DNA of 59,720 bases from Dehalococcoidia bacterium (GTDB lineage: Bacteria > Chloroflexota > Dehalococcoidia > SZUA-161). The stretch is from assembly GCA_014859215.1 (NCBI GenBank), contig JACUUS010000001.1:1-59720 (forward strand). The letters run 5' to 3'. Under the pieces are notes generated by a model. That model did no database searches, was not told the DNA's origin, and worked only from the letters and a program-made list of their open reading frames with translations. Shown here one piece after another: positions 45,415 to 54,942 of this stretch (position 1 is its first letter; the number at the start of each line of letters is the position of its first letter). A program made the translations under genes and the position numbers.

Positions 45415-46650
45415 TTATGAAGAAACAGCCGCCTCCTGCGCAAGTACCTCCTCAAAGGAAGCCAGGGTGGGCTGTATGCGGAAGCAGGTAAAGGTGTCGA
45501 GCAGGACATCGGGGGTCTTGAAACCTGCTGCGGTTATTACCGCGACGACACGGTCCTGTCTCCTGATCACGCCGGAGGCCGTCAACTGCCTGAGTGCTGC
45601 AATGACCACGCCGCCTGCGGTCTCGGCGAAAATCCCCTCGGTCTCAGCCAGGAGCTTGATACCTTGAATCACCTCCGCATCCGAGACCGCGCAGCCTGAA
45701 CCGCCTGATTCCCTTGCTGCTTTCAAGGCGTAATACCCGTCCGCCGGGTTGCCGATGGCTATCGATTTGGCGATCGTGTCCGGCTTGACCGGGTTGACGT
45801 GAAGGGAACCTGCCCTGAATGCATTGACGATAGGGGAGGAGCCAGCAGCCTGCGCAAGGTGCATATGAGTATTGACCGGCTCGATCAGGCGCAGCATCGC
45901 AAACTCCTCCAAACCTTTCCATATTCTCGTGAAAAGCAGCCCCGAGCCTCCCGGCGCTACTATGCAGTCAGGAGCGCGCCAGCCAAGCTGCTCCACGATT
46001 TCGAAAGCCAGCGTCTTGCTGCCCTCGGCATAGTACGGGCGCAGGTTGATGTTTATGAAGCCCCAGTTATACTTCCTCGCGAGTTCGTTGCACAACCGGT
46101 TCACATCATCGTAGCTGCCTTCGATTGCCATCACGGTCGGGCTGTAGACCGAAGTGCCCAAAATTTTGCTCGGCTCTGTGTCGGCAGGCACGAACACGAA
46201 TGAACGCAGCCGTGTCTTGGCCGCATGCGCGGCTACGCTTGCGGCGAGGTTACCTGTAGATGCGCAGGCGATTGTATCGAAGCCGAACTCCCGTGCCTTG
46301 CTAATGGCCACCGAGACTACCCGGTCCTTGAAGGAGTAGGTCGGGTTCAGGCAGTCATTCTTGATATAAAGCTCGTCCAGGCCGACTTCCCTGGCCAGAT
46401 TGGCGGCATGGACAAGCGGCGTCAGGCCGGTACCGAGGTCAACGATGTTATCATCCACGGGAAGGAGGCACTGGTACCGCCACATGGTCGGAGGGCCACC
46501 CGCAATCTTTTCCCGGCTTATGCCCTCCGAGATTGCCTTGTAGTCGTAGGTGACTTCGAGGGGACTGAAGCAGAAGTCGCAAAGATTCAGAGGGGCAAGG
46601 TCATACTCTCGCCCGCACTTGCGACAGCGCAATGCTCTGGCATAGGTCAT
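45415..46650 (-). CDS. threonine-synthase-family PLP enzyme with N-terminal Zn-ribbon
   Basis: 411 aa. It has CRKCGREYDLAPLNLCDFC at the N-terminus, the PLP-Lys block NPTYSFKDR, and GNLAASVAA. Its substrate (threonine synthase versus a sulfur-transferring ThrC paralogue) cannot be decided by eye. Confidence 0.75.
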   Translation of the reverse strand: MTYARALRCRKCGREYDLAPLNLCDFCFSPLEVTYDYKAISEGISREKIAGGPPTMWRYQCLLPVDDNIVDLGTGLTPLVHAANLAREVGLDELYIKNDCLNPTYSFKDRVVSVAISKAREFGFDTIACASTGNLAASVAAHAAKTRLRSFVFVPADTEPSKILGTSVYSPTVMAIEGSYDDVNRLCNELARKYNWGFININLRPYYAEGSKTLAFEIVEQLGWRAPDCIVAPGGSGLLFTRIWKGLEEFAMLRLIEPVNTHMHLAQAAGSSPIVNAFRAGSLHVNPVKPDTIAKSIAIGNPADGYYALKAARESGGSGCAVSDAEVIQGIKLLAETEGIFAETAGGVVIAALRQLTASGVIRRQDRVVAVITAAGFKTPDVLLDTFTCFRIQPTLASFEEVLAQEAAVSS

Positions 46651-46671
46651 CCGGATACCTCCTTCCTTCGA

Positions 46672-47823
46672 TCATTGTCTCTGCCCGGCAGCCAGCGAGC
46701 GGGACAGGTCTTCAATGAGATCGTCTACATTCTCGATTCCTATTGACAGCCGTATGAGGTCGTCATTGATGCCGGCGTTTTTCCTGAATTCCTCCGGCAT
46801 CGAAGCATGGCTCATAGTAGCCGGGTGCTCGGCCAGGGAATGTACGCCGCCCAGCGATTCCGCCAGGGCGAAATACTTCACCGTCCTCAAAAACGAGTTG
46901 ACAGACGGAATCCCACCGTGGATTTCGAAAGAGACCATTCCTCCGAAACCTTTTAGCAGCCTGGCGGCAAGCTGGTGCGAGGGATGTGACGGGAGCCCCG
47001 GATAGAACACTTCCTTAACCGCGGGATGAGCGTTCAGGAACGCCGCGATTGCCCGGGCGTTCTCTTCGTGCTGCCTCATCCGGATCGGAAGCGTCCTGAT
47101 TCCTCTCAGGACAAGCCAGCAGTCGAAGGGAGAAGCGCACGTGCCCAGCGCATTTGAGAGGAACTGCATTCTCTCCGCAAGCTCCGGGGAGGCGGTAACA
47201 ACGGCGCCACCGACTACGTCGCAGTGCCCGTTAAGATACTTGGTCGTCGAGTGGACGACCAGGTCTATTCCGTACTCAACGGGCCTGACGAGGTAAGGAG
47301 TCGGCAGCGTATTGTCGGCGACGGTCAGGAGTCCATGACCCCCGGCGACATCCGCAATCATTTGTATGTCGACTACGTTCAGTAACGGGTTGGAAACAGT
47401 CTCGAACCAGACCATCCTGGTATTCGGCCGTATCGCTTTCTCGATACTCCGGCGGTCATTTATATCCAGGAAGGTGAACTCAAGGCCGAAGCGGTTCATC
47501 ACACTTTCGAACAGCCGGTAGGTGCCGCCGTACAGGTCCTCCTGGGCGATTACATGGTCTCCCTGTTTAAGCAGGTGCATCACCGTACTCTCAGCGGCCA
47601 TACCGGTGGCGAAGGCGAAACCATGCCCGGCGCCCTCCAGAGCGGCTATCGTGAGCTCAAGCTCCTTCCGGGTAGGGTTCGAGGTGCGAGAGTAATCGTA
47701 GCCCCTGGTCTTGCCTACATCCTCGAAAACAAAGGTCGAGGTCTGGTACACAGGCGGAACCACCGCGCCGGTAAGGGGATCGGGACCGGACGCGCCGTGA
47801 ACGGCTTCAGTCTCGAATCTCAT
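46672..47823 (-). CDS. Cys/Met-metabolism PLP enzyme (cystathionine gamma-synthase / gamma-lyase / beta-lyase family)
   Basis: 383 aa with [15 protein letters not shown] and [10 protein letters not shown] (PLP lysine). Confidence 0.85.
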   Translation of the reverse strand: MRFETEAVHGASGPDPLTGAVVPPVYQTSTFVFEDVGKTRGYDYSRTSNPTRKELELTIAALEGAGHGFAFATGMAAESTVMHLLKQGDHVIAQEDLYGGTYRLFESVMNRFGLEFTFLDINDRRSIEKAIRPNTRMVWFETVSNPLLNVVDIQMIADVAGGHGLLTVADNTLPTPYLVRPVEYGIDLVVHSTTKYLNGHCDVVGGAVVTASPELAERMQFLSNALGTCASPFDCWLVLRGIRTLPIRMRQHEENARAIAAFLNAHPAVKEVFYPGLPSHPSHQLAARLLKGFGGMVSFEIHGGIPSVNSFLRTVKYFALAESLGGVHSLAEHPATMSHASMPEEFRKNAGINDDLIRLSIGIENVDDLIEDLSRSLAAGQRQ

Positions 47824-48557
47824 TTATCGCTCCCATCCGAGTTCGATATGTTGTTGAATGCCTTCTCTATCCACTTCAGCTTCTCGGCGATATCATCCGG
47901 AACCGGCGTGAGCCCTCTTGCCTCTTCCAGCTTCGCGATGCGACGGCTGAGTCGCAGCTGCTCTTCAAGTATAAGCCTGATCGCCTCACTGAAGGGGTCG
48001 GGGAGTTTGCCGTGCTGAAGGTCGAGAACGGGCTCTTTTCGGTCCTCGACAATCCTGCCGGGCACACCGACGACTACCGCTCCGGCGGGCACCGGTCTGA
48101 CAACGACCGAATTGGCCCCGATGCGCGCTCCCTCACCAACCACGATAGGGCCCAGCACTATGGCGGAGGCTCCGATAACGACCTTATCGCATATGGTGGG
48201 GTGCCGTTTCTTCTTCTCCAGGGTTGTCCCGCCGAGGACAACGCCCTGGTAGATCAGAACGTCATTCCCGATTTCCGCCGTCTCGCCAATTACGACACCT
48301 GCCCCGTGGTCTATGAAGAATCTCCTGCCGATGCCGGCTGCGGGATGGATTTCGATCCCGGTCAGGAACCTGGAGAGATATGAAACGAAGCGGGCGAAAA
48401 GCCGGAGCCGGCGCCGCCACAGAAGGTGCGCAACCCTGTGCGACCACAGAGCATGCAGGCCGGGATAGAACAGCACGACCTCCAGCCAGTTCCTCGCAGC
48501 CGGGTCCCCGCTGAGAACAGTTCGTATGTCTTCTCGAATTCGACTAAACAAGGGCAA
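47820..48557 (-). CDS. cysE: serine O-acetyltransferase
   Basis: The N-terminus reads [27 protein letters not shown], followed by left-handed beta-helix hexapeptide repeats ([31 protein letters not shown]). Confidence 0.9.
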   Translation of the reverse strand: MPLFSRIREDIRTVLSGDPAARNWLEVVLFYPGLHALWSHRVAHLLWRRRLRLFARFVSYLSRFLTGIEIHPAAGIGRRFFIDHGAGVVIGETAEIGNDVLIYQGVVLGGTTLEKKKRHPTICDKVVIGASAIVLGPIVVGEGARIGANSVVVRPVPAGAVVVGVPGRIVEDRKEPVLDLQHGKLPDPFSEAIRLILEEQLRLSRRIAKLEEARGLTPVPDDIAEKLKWIEKAFNNISNSDGSDK

Positions 48558-48586
48558 CCTCGCCGGGCCGAACGGCCCCGTTAAGA

Positions 48587-49903
48587 TTATTGGTCCTGGT
48601 CAGGCAACCTGGACACGCCGAGTCCTTCCAGGAACGCTTCAACGCGGTCCATTATCAGGGTCTCATCGACGTCGCGGCAGTCCGCGAAATTCCCTTCGTA
48701 TATAGTGGTCTCAAAGCCTGCTTTCTGCAGGGCGCGCTTGGAGTCCTGCAGCCCCGTGTTCATGAGGGGACAGCCCCTGTTAAGGAACAGCGCCATGCCA
48801 TCCACCTTCCAGTGCCGCGCCACGCTGACAAGGTAGCCGTCCCAGTCTACCTTGAAACCAAACGGATGCTCGAAGAGCCATCGCACCAGGGTCTGGATGG
48901 CGTCTTCCCGTGTTCTCATGGGGGGCCAGCCTCTTTCCTCGGGTGGCACAGCGGGAACTACGGTGCCGTCCTGGAGGAACTTCACCTCGCCCGAATTGAT
49001 GGTATAGACGAGTGTGCCCACAAAACATACGCCAAATTTCTCGAGATGCCGGAACATCTTCAGGAAGCTCCACGGAGGAGGTGCGTTGGTAGCCAGCCTG
49101 CACCTTTCGGACCCAACAGCGGCGATGCCGTCAGCGATGCGATCCTTGACCTCGTCCCGCAGCATTTGCATGAACTCGACCGCGCATTTCTCATGCCTTC
49201 TCAGCATAGAGATAGGCATGAATGAGAGCATCGACTTCAGATCGAGCGGAGCCGGGACCGCTGCATTCAGAAGGCATATTTCGCCCCAGAGCGCCTCGGT
49301 CCGGAAGAAGTTCTGGAGGGCCTCTATGAGTTTCTGGTCGTCATAGGTCCTTCCCGTCACCTTCTCCATCCACTCGATGCCGTCATAGAGCTGTCCCGCC
49401 AGGTACTGCATTTTCTGATCGGGGCGCCCGTCCCAGGCAAAACCCTGGGGCTCGTCGTAGCAGAAGTAGGGAATGCCTTCGTACTCGCTGACAATCCTGT
49501 ACCACGATGCGTGTCCGGCGTCGCAGAAACTACGACCGAAGCAGAAGTCCGCCCTGGGCCAGGGACCGCCTGTGAAATAGTACCTGTCCAGAAACATGGA
49601 GCCCAGGTAATTCCTCATGTAGCCGCACATATCCCGGGCGTAGCCGCGCGCCTCCGCAGCCTCCATCGCGGGTACTGAGAAAGAAGGATCATGAGCCAGA
49701 GTCGCCCCGTAGGGCTCGCCGCCGAGATATACGAAGTCCCCCAGACCTGCCGGAAGCGCGATACACGAGGCCGCGCACCCGCTAACAAGGATCTTCCCTT
49801 CTTCTCTGGCTGTGGCTATTTCCGTGTAGTGTTCAAGCACGAGTTCCTTGGCTTTTCGCCAGCATTCAAGCGGCCTGGTCTCGTATTTAGCCCGGGTCGT
49901 CAT
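48587..49903 (-). CDS. 2-hydroxyacyl-CoA dehydratase / benzoyl-CoA reductase B/C-type (HGD-D family) subunit
   Basis: 438 aa. Cys-containing blocks ([22 protein letters not shown]) resemble BcrB/HgdA-type subunits. Confidence 0.65.
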   Translation of the reverse strand: MTTRAKYETRPLECWRKAKELVLEHYTEIATAREEGKILVSGCAASCIALPAGLGDFVYLGGEPYGATLAHDPSFSVPAMEAAEARGYARDMCGYMRNYLGSMFLDRYYFTGGPWPRADFCFGRSFCDAGHASWYRIVSEYEGIPYFCYDEPQGFAWDGRPDQKMQYLAGQLYDGIEWMEKVTGRTYDDQKLIEALQNFFRTEALWGEICLLNAAVPAPLDLKSMLSFMPISMLRRHEKCAVEFMQMLRDEVKDRIADGIAAVGSERCRLATNAPPPWSFLKMFRHLEKFGVCFVGTLVYTINSGEVKFLQDGTVVPAVPPEERGWPPMRTREDAIQTLVRWLFEHPFGFKVDWDGYLVSVARHWKVDGMALFLNRGCPLMNTGLQDSKRALQKAGFETTIYEGNFADCRDVDETLIMDRVEAFLEGLGVSRLPDQDQ

Positions 49904-49932
49904 GACTGCCTCCTATTCTGCCCTGGCAAATT

Positions 49933-51060
49933 CTAGAGTGCCTCGATGGCCAGCATTTCCAGGAACGCTTCTATGCGTGTCCGGAATTGACCCCAGGGGA
50001 CAGTAACGTCAAATTCGAGAAATAGAGTTGGGACGCCGTTCTCCTTCAGCACCTGCTGGAGGGCCGGAATTTCGAATTCATGCGGATCGCAGAATTTCTG
50101 CTGGAACAGGATCACGCCCTGGACGTTATACTCCCGGGCCAGGCTGAGGATGAACCGGGGCCGGCGCCGTTCCGGCCAGTCCTTAGGCGGGCAGGCGGGC
50201 CTGTGGATATACCGCGCAGCCAGTGCCGAAAGGGGGTCGCCGGTATTGACTGCCTCCTCCCAGAAATAGCGTGTCCCGCTGCAGTGCTCGTCAACAACGA
50301 AGGTCGCCCCGAGTTCTTCTACCATTCTCACAAAATTGATATCATCCATCTCGCTGCCAACCAGCATCAGGCGTGGGCCAGGGTCCCTGTCGAGTCCATG
50401 TTCCGGCAGCTCCCGGAGCAGTTGCTCCAGGAGCCTGTTATGCTCGCCCTTGTCCATTAGCTGGCCTGCGATCACCACCTCCATAGCCTCAGCTCCGGTT
50501 ATGGGCGGGTTCTCTTCTTTTCTCAGCTCATACACTCTCGTCGTCAGGCGTCGGTTAAGGTTGTAGACCTCGATAGCGCCGGACAGATCAGCCTCCGAGA
50601 TCGTTTTCCCGCCGAAGGTCTCCAGAGCTTCCCTGAAATCGCGATACTCCCTGGCAAGAAACTCCGTTGCACGTAGACTCTGGATATGGGCCGGCATGAA
50701 CATCAGGTAGGTGAAGTCAACGGGCACATGATTTTTCCAGTTCACGTAAGTGTTCCGGATATGGACGCAGCTGCGCGCGTGCACGAGGCCGTCCAGGTAG
50801 CTGTAACGCCCTTTAAGCCCCTGGGCCAGGGCATCCCGGCAAAAGGGGCAGTAGATCGTGGATATATAGGCATCGCTCACATCCTGTATCTCATGACTCC
50901 CGAGAATTCTGACAGGCAGCATACCGGCCGCATAGATAATCTCCTCTGGGACATAAGTGCATAGCCAGCCGACTACGTTGCCCTGCCCGGCGGCTTTCCA
51001 TTCCCGGGCGTATTTATGGCGTTCGGCGATAATATCCCGGAACCTGTCTATAGCTTTCAT
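49933..51060 (-). CDS. 2-hydroxyacyl-CoA dehydratase family (HGD-D) subunit, second paralogue
   Basis: 375 aa with GWLCTYVPEEIIYAAGMLPVR, YCPFCRD, DEHCSGTRYF and QKFCDPHEF, typical of the HgdB/BcrC family. Confidence 0.7.
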   Translation of the reverse strand: MKAIDRFRDIIAERHKYAREWKAAGQGNVVGWLCTYVPEEIIYAAGMLPVRILGSHEIQDVSDAYISTIYCPFCRDALAQGLKGRYSYLDGLVHARSCVHIRNTYVNWKNHVPVDFTYLMFMPAHIQSLRATEFLAREYRDFREALETFGGKTISEADLSGAIEVYNLNRRLTTRVYELRKEENPPITGAEAMEVVIAGQLMDKGEHNRLLEQLLRELPEHGLDRDPGPRLMLVGSEMDDINFVRMVEELGATFVVDEHCSGTRYFWEEAVNTGDPLSALAARYIHRPACPPKDWPERRRPRFILSLAREYNVQGVILFQQKFCDPHEFEIPALQQVLKENGVPTLFLEFDVTVPWGQFRTRIEAFLEMLAIEAL

Positions 51061-51102
51061 GCCGTTCGTTTCCTCCTGGCGCAGTCTTTTGAGCCTGTCT
51101 GA

Positions 51103-51546
51103 CTAGCAGTTCGATGCTCTGGCGGCCCTCAAATCTGCCTCCTGCTGTTTTTCGACCAGGTCCTCCAACGAAGTTGTGCTGAGCACGGAATCGGTAGCCT
51201 CCTTTATCCGCGACCAGAGGTCCCGGACCACGCAGACTCCGCTTCGCGGGCATATGGCGGCGTCATCAACGCACACGGTAGGAGCGGTCGAGCCCTCCAT
51301 TATCTGCACGATGTCTATAACACGAATCGTGGCGGGGTGCCTGGCCAGTGCAAAGCCGCCGTGGGCGCCGCGCGAGACCCTTACCAGGCCAGCCGCCTTA
51401 AGGGGCGCCAGTATTTGCTCAAGGTAACGTTCGGATATCTGCTGTCTGGCGGATATGTCCTTGAGCATTACCGGACCCTGGCCGTAGCGCGCCGCCAGAT
51501 CGATCAACGCCCTGGTCCCATAGCGTCCCTTAGTCGAGAGGTTCAT
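51103..51546 (-). CDS. Rrf2-family transcriptional regulator with three-Cys cluster motif
   Basis: Contains STKGRYGTRALIDLA...ISERYLEQILAPLKAAGLVRVSRGAHGGFALAR and C-x6-C-x5-C (CVDDAAICPRSGVC). Confidence 0.9.
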   Translation of the reverse strand: MNLSTKGRYGTRALIDLAARYGQGPVMLKDISARQQISERYLEQILAPLKAAGLVRVSRGAHGGFALARHPATIRVIDIVQIMEGSTAPTVCVDDAAICPRSGVCVVRDLWSRIKEATDSVLSTTSLEDLVEKQQEADLRAARASNC

Positions 51547-51558
51547 GCATACCCCAGT

Positions 51559-51572
51559 AAGTCTATAGACTT
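51559..51572. promoter_or_regulatory. perfect 14-bp palindrome AAGTCTATAGACTT, candidate Rrf2 operator
   Basis: It is self-complementary over all 14 positions. It sits 7 nt downstream of the candidate -10 element and 12 nt upstream of the Rrf2 ATG at 51546. Confidence 0.4.
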
Positions 51573-51579
51573 GATGTTA

Positions 51580-51608
51580 ATTCTCTCATGAATTCCGTGG
51601 GGTGTCAA
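51580..51608 (-). promoter_or_regulatory. candidate sigma70-type promoter of the first Rrf2 gene and downstream operon
   Basis: The minus strand reads TTGACA (51608-51603), a 17-nt spacer, then GAGAAT (51585-51580). Confidence 0.35.
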
Positions 51609-51696
51609 GGTCATGACCCGGAAAATCTAAGGAGGGATAGATATGGAAAGGCCCGTGGTAACCCTTTCTCAGCGTTGCCAGGTCGGGTATCGGTCC

Positions 51697-52131
51697 CTAA
51701 ATGCAGGGAATGCCGCGGGCAGGCTCCCCCTGCCTCTGGAGGAGGTCCTGCAAAGTAGTCGAGCGGAGAACCCGGTCAGCCGCGGCTTTCATATCCGTCC
51801 ACACCTGCCGTGTCAGACAGGCATCGCTCTGGGAACATACCCCCGGGTCATCCACGCATTCGACGGGCGCGGTAGAACCTTCCATGACAGTGATTATATC
51901 GAGCAGGCGTATCTCGGAAGGCTGCCGGGCCAGGGCGAACCCACCGCGGGCCCCGCGGGCAACCCTGACGAGGCCGGCAGCTTTCAGGGGCATCATGAGC
52001 TGCTCCAGGTAACGGCTGGACACGCCCTGCCTGTCTGCGATATCTCTGATCAGGACGGGGCCCCGGCCGTAGTGAGCCGCCAGGTCCAGCATTGCTCTTG
52101 TCGCATAGTGACCCCTGGTTGAGACCTTCAT
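51697..52131 (-). CDS. Rrf2-family transcriptional regulator, second tandem paralogue
   Basis: Contains STRGHYATRAMLDLA...VSSRYLEQLMMPLKAAGLVRVARGARGGFALAR and the same C-x6-C-x5-C spacing (CVDDPGVCSQSDAC). Confidence 0.9.
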   Translation of the reverse strand: MKVSTRGHYATRAMLDLAAHYGRGPVLIRDIADRQGVSSRYLEQLMMPLKAAGLVRVARGARGGFALARQPSEIRLLDIITVMEGSTAPVECVDDPGVCSQSDACLTRQVWTDMKAAADRVLRSTTLQDLLQRQGEPARGIPCI

Positions 52132-52647
52132 CTGCCACCTCTATAGCTCTTGGTCTGGCACCCGGAAACTGCTCAAGAGAGAACTCCGCGCTTGCTGCCT
52201 CTGTGAATTCTAACGCAATCGGGCTGTTTAGTACAGACGGCGAGGGTGAGTATACCTCCCTTCCGCCACCCGTCGCGCGCAGCCTGCGCGCTTGTCTGTT
52301 ACCTATTCTCTTGGCAGAGAAGCGACCATAACCAGTGTAATTAGCAAATGTGTGACCATTGTATCCGGTTTGGACCTGTCTCGTTCTCCCGGGACCGGGA
52401 GAAGGTTGGGATGAGGGTCGAAAAAGGACGGTGCCTGTGACGTGGAACCGTGTCTTCCGGGTACTGACACGAACGAACGCGAACAAACCATAAGGTACTC
52501 TAGTTACCGTAAATGCAGCCAGCTTCACCGATTCGACTTGGCGCTGCCCATGATCAGCCTTGACAAATTAGGGGAAATCCCGTAAGACTATCCGCAGGCC
52601 ATCATACGCTAGCGAAACTCGCTAAGTAATCGCTAAGGGAGTTTAAC

Positions 52648-53184
52648 ATGGTGGAAGAAAGCGGGAAGCGGGTCGGTCCGGAGGTGTTCGAGTATTTCGA
52701 GAAGACGGTGGGACCGAAGGTGTTACCATCCCTTGTTCGGGGCCTCATGAAGGGCGTTTTCGAACTGGACGAAGTGAACAGGAATACGGTGCTCAGGCAC
52801 ATGGGGAGCGCCTGCTACGAGGGATTCAAGGAGTTCCTGGAACCGGTGACTCCGGGAGTGGACCTGGATACCGCATTCGAATGGCTCAAGCGGACTGTCC
52901 CTCATGAGAGGCGCTTCCACCGGGCCGGGGATACAGTGATCTGGGACGGTGATATGAAGGCCACATACGGGGGCTGTATGTGCCTCCTGGTCCGGATGGG
53001 AATTATCGAGCCGGCACCTGAGCTGTGCGTGTGCTCAGCGCATCACTGCAAGAGCGCGCTTGAAGAACTGACCGGCATACAGACCGAAGCTGAGCTGGTG
53101 GAGACTGTGAACAGCGGCGCGGATGATTGCATATACAGGTTTCATCTGAAACCGTCGGCCTATAACTCGAGGATGGGCAAGTAA
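52648..53184 (+). CDS. Cys-rich hypothetical protein
   Basis: 178 aa with AAGGGAG 6 nt upstream of the ATG. It has clustered cysteines (GGCMCLL, ELCVCSAHHC, DDCIY). I do not recognise the family with confidence. Confidence 0.5.
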   Translation: MVEESGKRVGPEVFEYFEKTVGPKVLPSLVRGLMKGVFELDEVNRNTVLRHMGSACYEGFKEFLEPVTPGVDLDTAFEWLKRTVPHERRFHRAGDTVIWDGDMKATYGGCMCLLVRMGIIEPAPELCVCSAHHCKSALEELTGIQTEAELVETVNSGADDCIYRFHLKPSAYNSRMGK

Positions 53185-53224
53185 GAGTACAAATTCTGCC
53201 TGGCCGGCATTATGGAGGTGTGAC

Positions 53225-54913
53225 TTGGAAATACGAGGAGCCGAGGTTGTATGCCATATCCTGAAAAACGAGGGCGTGGAATACGTTTTCGGTGTTCCGG
53301 GCAACAGTGAGGTCCCGCTGCTGGACGCGCTTGCCGAAACGGATATCAGGTACATCAGCGCCATCCACGAGTCAGTCTCGATGGGAATGGCAGACGGCTA
53401 CGCAAGGAGCTCGGGCAAAGTGGGTGTCGCGCTGGTGCACACCACGCCCGGCACCGCAAACGTGATCGGCAATATGTTGAACGCTTACGACGCCGGCACT
53501 CCCCTGGTGGTGCTTGCCGGCCAGCAGGACTCACGCTTGCGCTGGTCTGACGCCCTTCTTGATTCCGACCTCATGCCTATGGTCAGCCAGTTCACAAAGG
53601 GAAGATGGTCTGTGAACCGGGCCCAGGACATCCCACGGACCCTGGAATACGCTTTCAAGGAGGCTGCCTGTCCGCCAACCGGGCCCGTCTTCGTGGCGGT
53701 GCCCCGGGATGTGCAGGCGCAGGCGGTCGAATTCAATCCGTCGACCATGGGTCGCAGGCAGATAGAGGCGGCCGTACGACCTGATCGTGAGCTGGTAATT
53801 AAGGTCGCCCAAATGCTGGTTTCGGCTCAACGGCCCGCCATTCTGGCCGGCTACCAGGTGCCTGACGCCGATGCGTCCGGCGAACTCGCCGAGCTTGCCG
53901 AGACGATCGCGGCGCCCGTTTTCACGACCGGGCTGGTGCCCAAGCTGATCTTCCCGACCGATCACCCTCTGTATTTCGGCAGGGTACCGCCGCTGGGTTT
54001 CGGCCTTCCCGGACTCAGCGAACCGGCCGATGTGCTGCTTGCCATAGGGAACGGCCTGTTCAAGCAGCTTTTCCACATTGAAGGACCGCTGATCCCTCCC
54101 GCGACCAGGCTGATCCAGGTCGATCTCGATGCCTGCGGGCTTTCGAGGGAGTGCAGGGCGGATCTCGCTTTGCTGGGGAATCCGAAGCAGGTGCTCTCGG
54201 AACTGGTCTCGGAAGCAAGGCGCATCACCGGCAAGAGCGAACGCGACCGGATACGCCGGAGGGACAAGGATCTGCGCAAGATGAGGGCGGATGCCCGCGC
54301 CTCTGAAGCTGCCGCGTTCGCGAAAGAGAGGCTGGATATCCCGATGCGCCCGTCGCGAGCGGTGAAGGACATCGCGGACAGCCTGCCAGCGGATGCGGTG
54401 GTTGTGGATGAGGCCGTGATGCTGACGAGCTATGTTGCCAGCATAATGGATTTCACTAAACCGGGCAGCTACTACTGCTCGATCTCGTGCCTGGGCTGGG
54501 GGCTGCCTGCCGCGCTGGGCGTTGCGCTGGGCACGTCACGCCGGCCGGTACTGGCTCTCGTTGGCGACGGGAGCGCGCTGTTCGGAATCCAGGCTCTCTG
54601 GACGGCAAACAAGTATCAGCTCCCGGTGATTGTAGCTGTCCTCAACAACCGGGCCTATGCGGCGGTGAAGTGGGGGTTTGCCATGTACCCGGACCGCCGC
54701 TGCCCCGAAGGCTCGGACCTCGGGTTTGAGCTGGGAATTGTGGATTTTCTCAAGCTGGCGGGGGCGTTCGGGATCAAAGCTGAGCGCATTGAAGACCCCG
54801 AAAAGCTGCGTCCCGCCTTGAAGAGGGCCATTTCGCGGGGCCAACCGGCCCTGCTGGACCTGGTAGTAGACCCGAGGGACGTGGGTTACGGACTGCCGTC
54901 CCTGCCCGAATAA
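53225..54913 (+). CDS. thiamine-diphosphate-dependent enzyme (acetolactate synthase large subunit / benzoylformate decarboxylase family)
   Basis: The N-terminus reads GAEVVCHILKNEGVEYVFGVPGN. The ThDP motif is GDGSALFGIQALWTANKYQLPVIVAVLNN. The TTG start has GGAGG 7 nt upstream. Confidence 0.85.
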   Translation: MEIRGAEVVCHILKNEGVEYVFGVPGNSEVPLLDALAETDIRYISAIHESVSMGMADGYARSSGKVGVALVHTTPGTANVIGNMLNAYDAGTPLVVLAGQQDSRLRWSDALLDSDLMPMVSQFTKGRWSVNRAQDIPRTLEYAFKEAACPPTGPVFVAVPRDVQAQAVEFNPSTMGRRQIEAAVRPDRELVIKVAQMLVSAQRPAILAGYQVPDADASGELAELAETIAAPVFTTGLVPKLIFPTDHPLYFGRVPPLGFGLPGLSEPADVLLAIGNGLFKQLFHIEGPLIPPATRLIQVDLDACGLSRECRADLALLGNPKQVLSELVSEARRITGKSERDRIRRRDKDLRKMRADARASEAAAFAKERLDIPMRPSRAVKDIADSLPADAVVVDEAVMLTSYVASIMDFTKPGSYYCSISCLGWGLPAALGVALGTSRRPVLALVGDGSALFGIQALWTANKYQLPVIVAVLNNRAYAAVKWGFAMYPDRRCPEGSDLGFELGIVDFLKLAGAFGIKAERIEDPEKLRPALKRAISRGQPALLDLVVDPRDVGYGLPSLPE

Positions 54914-54942
54914 GAATATGAGCAGGCGGAAAGGAGCAGAGC

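Noticed and set aside
45381-45509. N-terminal 43-codon extension of the tracked NIL-domain ORF
   Set aside because: It overlaps the 3' end of the ThrC-like gene and has an implausible composition. The ATG at 45380 has a strong SD and starts exactly at the NIL domain.
51848-52528. 226-aa minus-strand ORF spanning the Rrf2 gene and the intergenic region
   Set aside because: It is out of frame with, and overlaps, the well-supported Rrf2 gene. The sequence is Arg/Pro/Gly-rich and low-complexity, so it is likely spurious.
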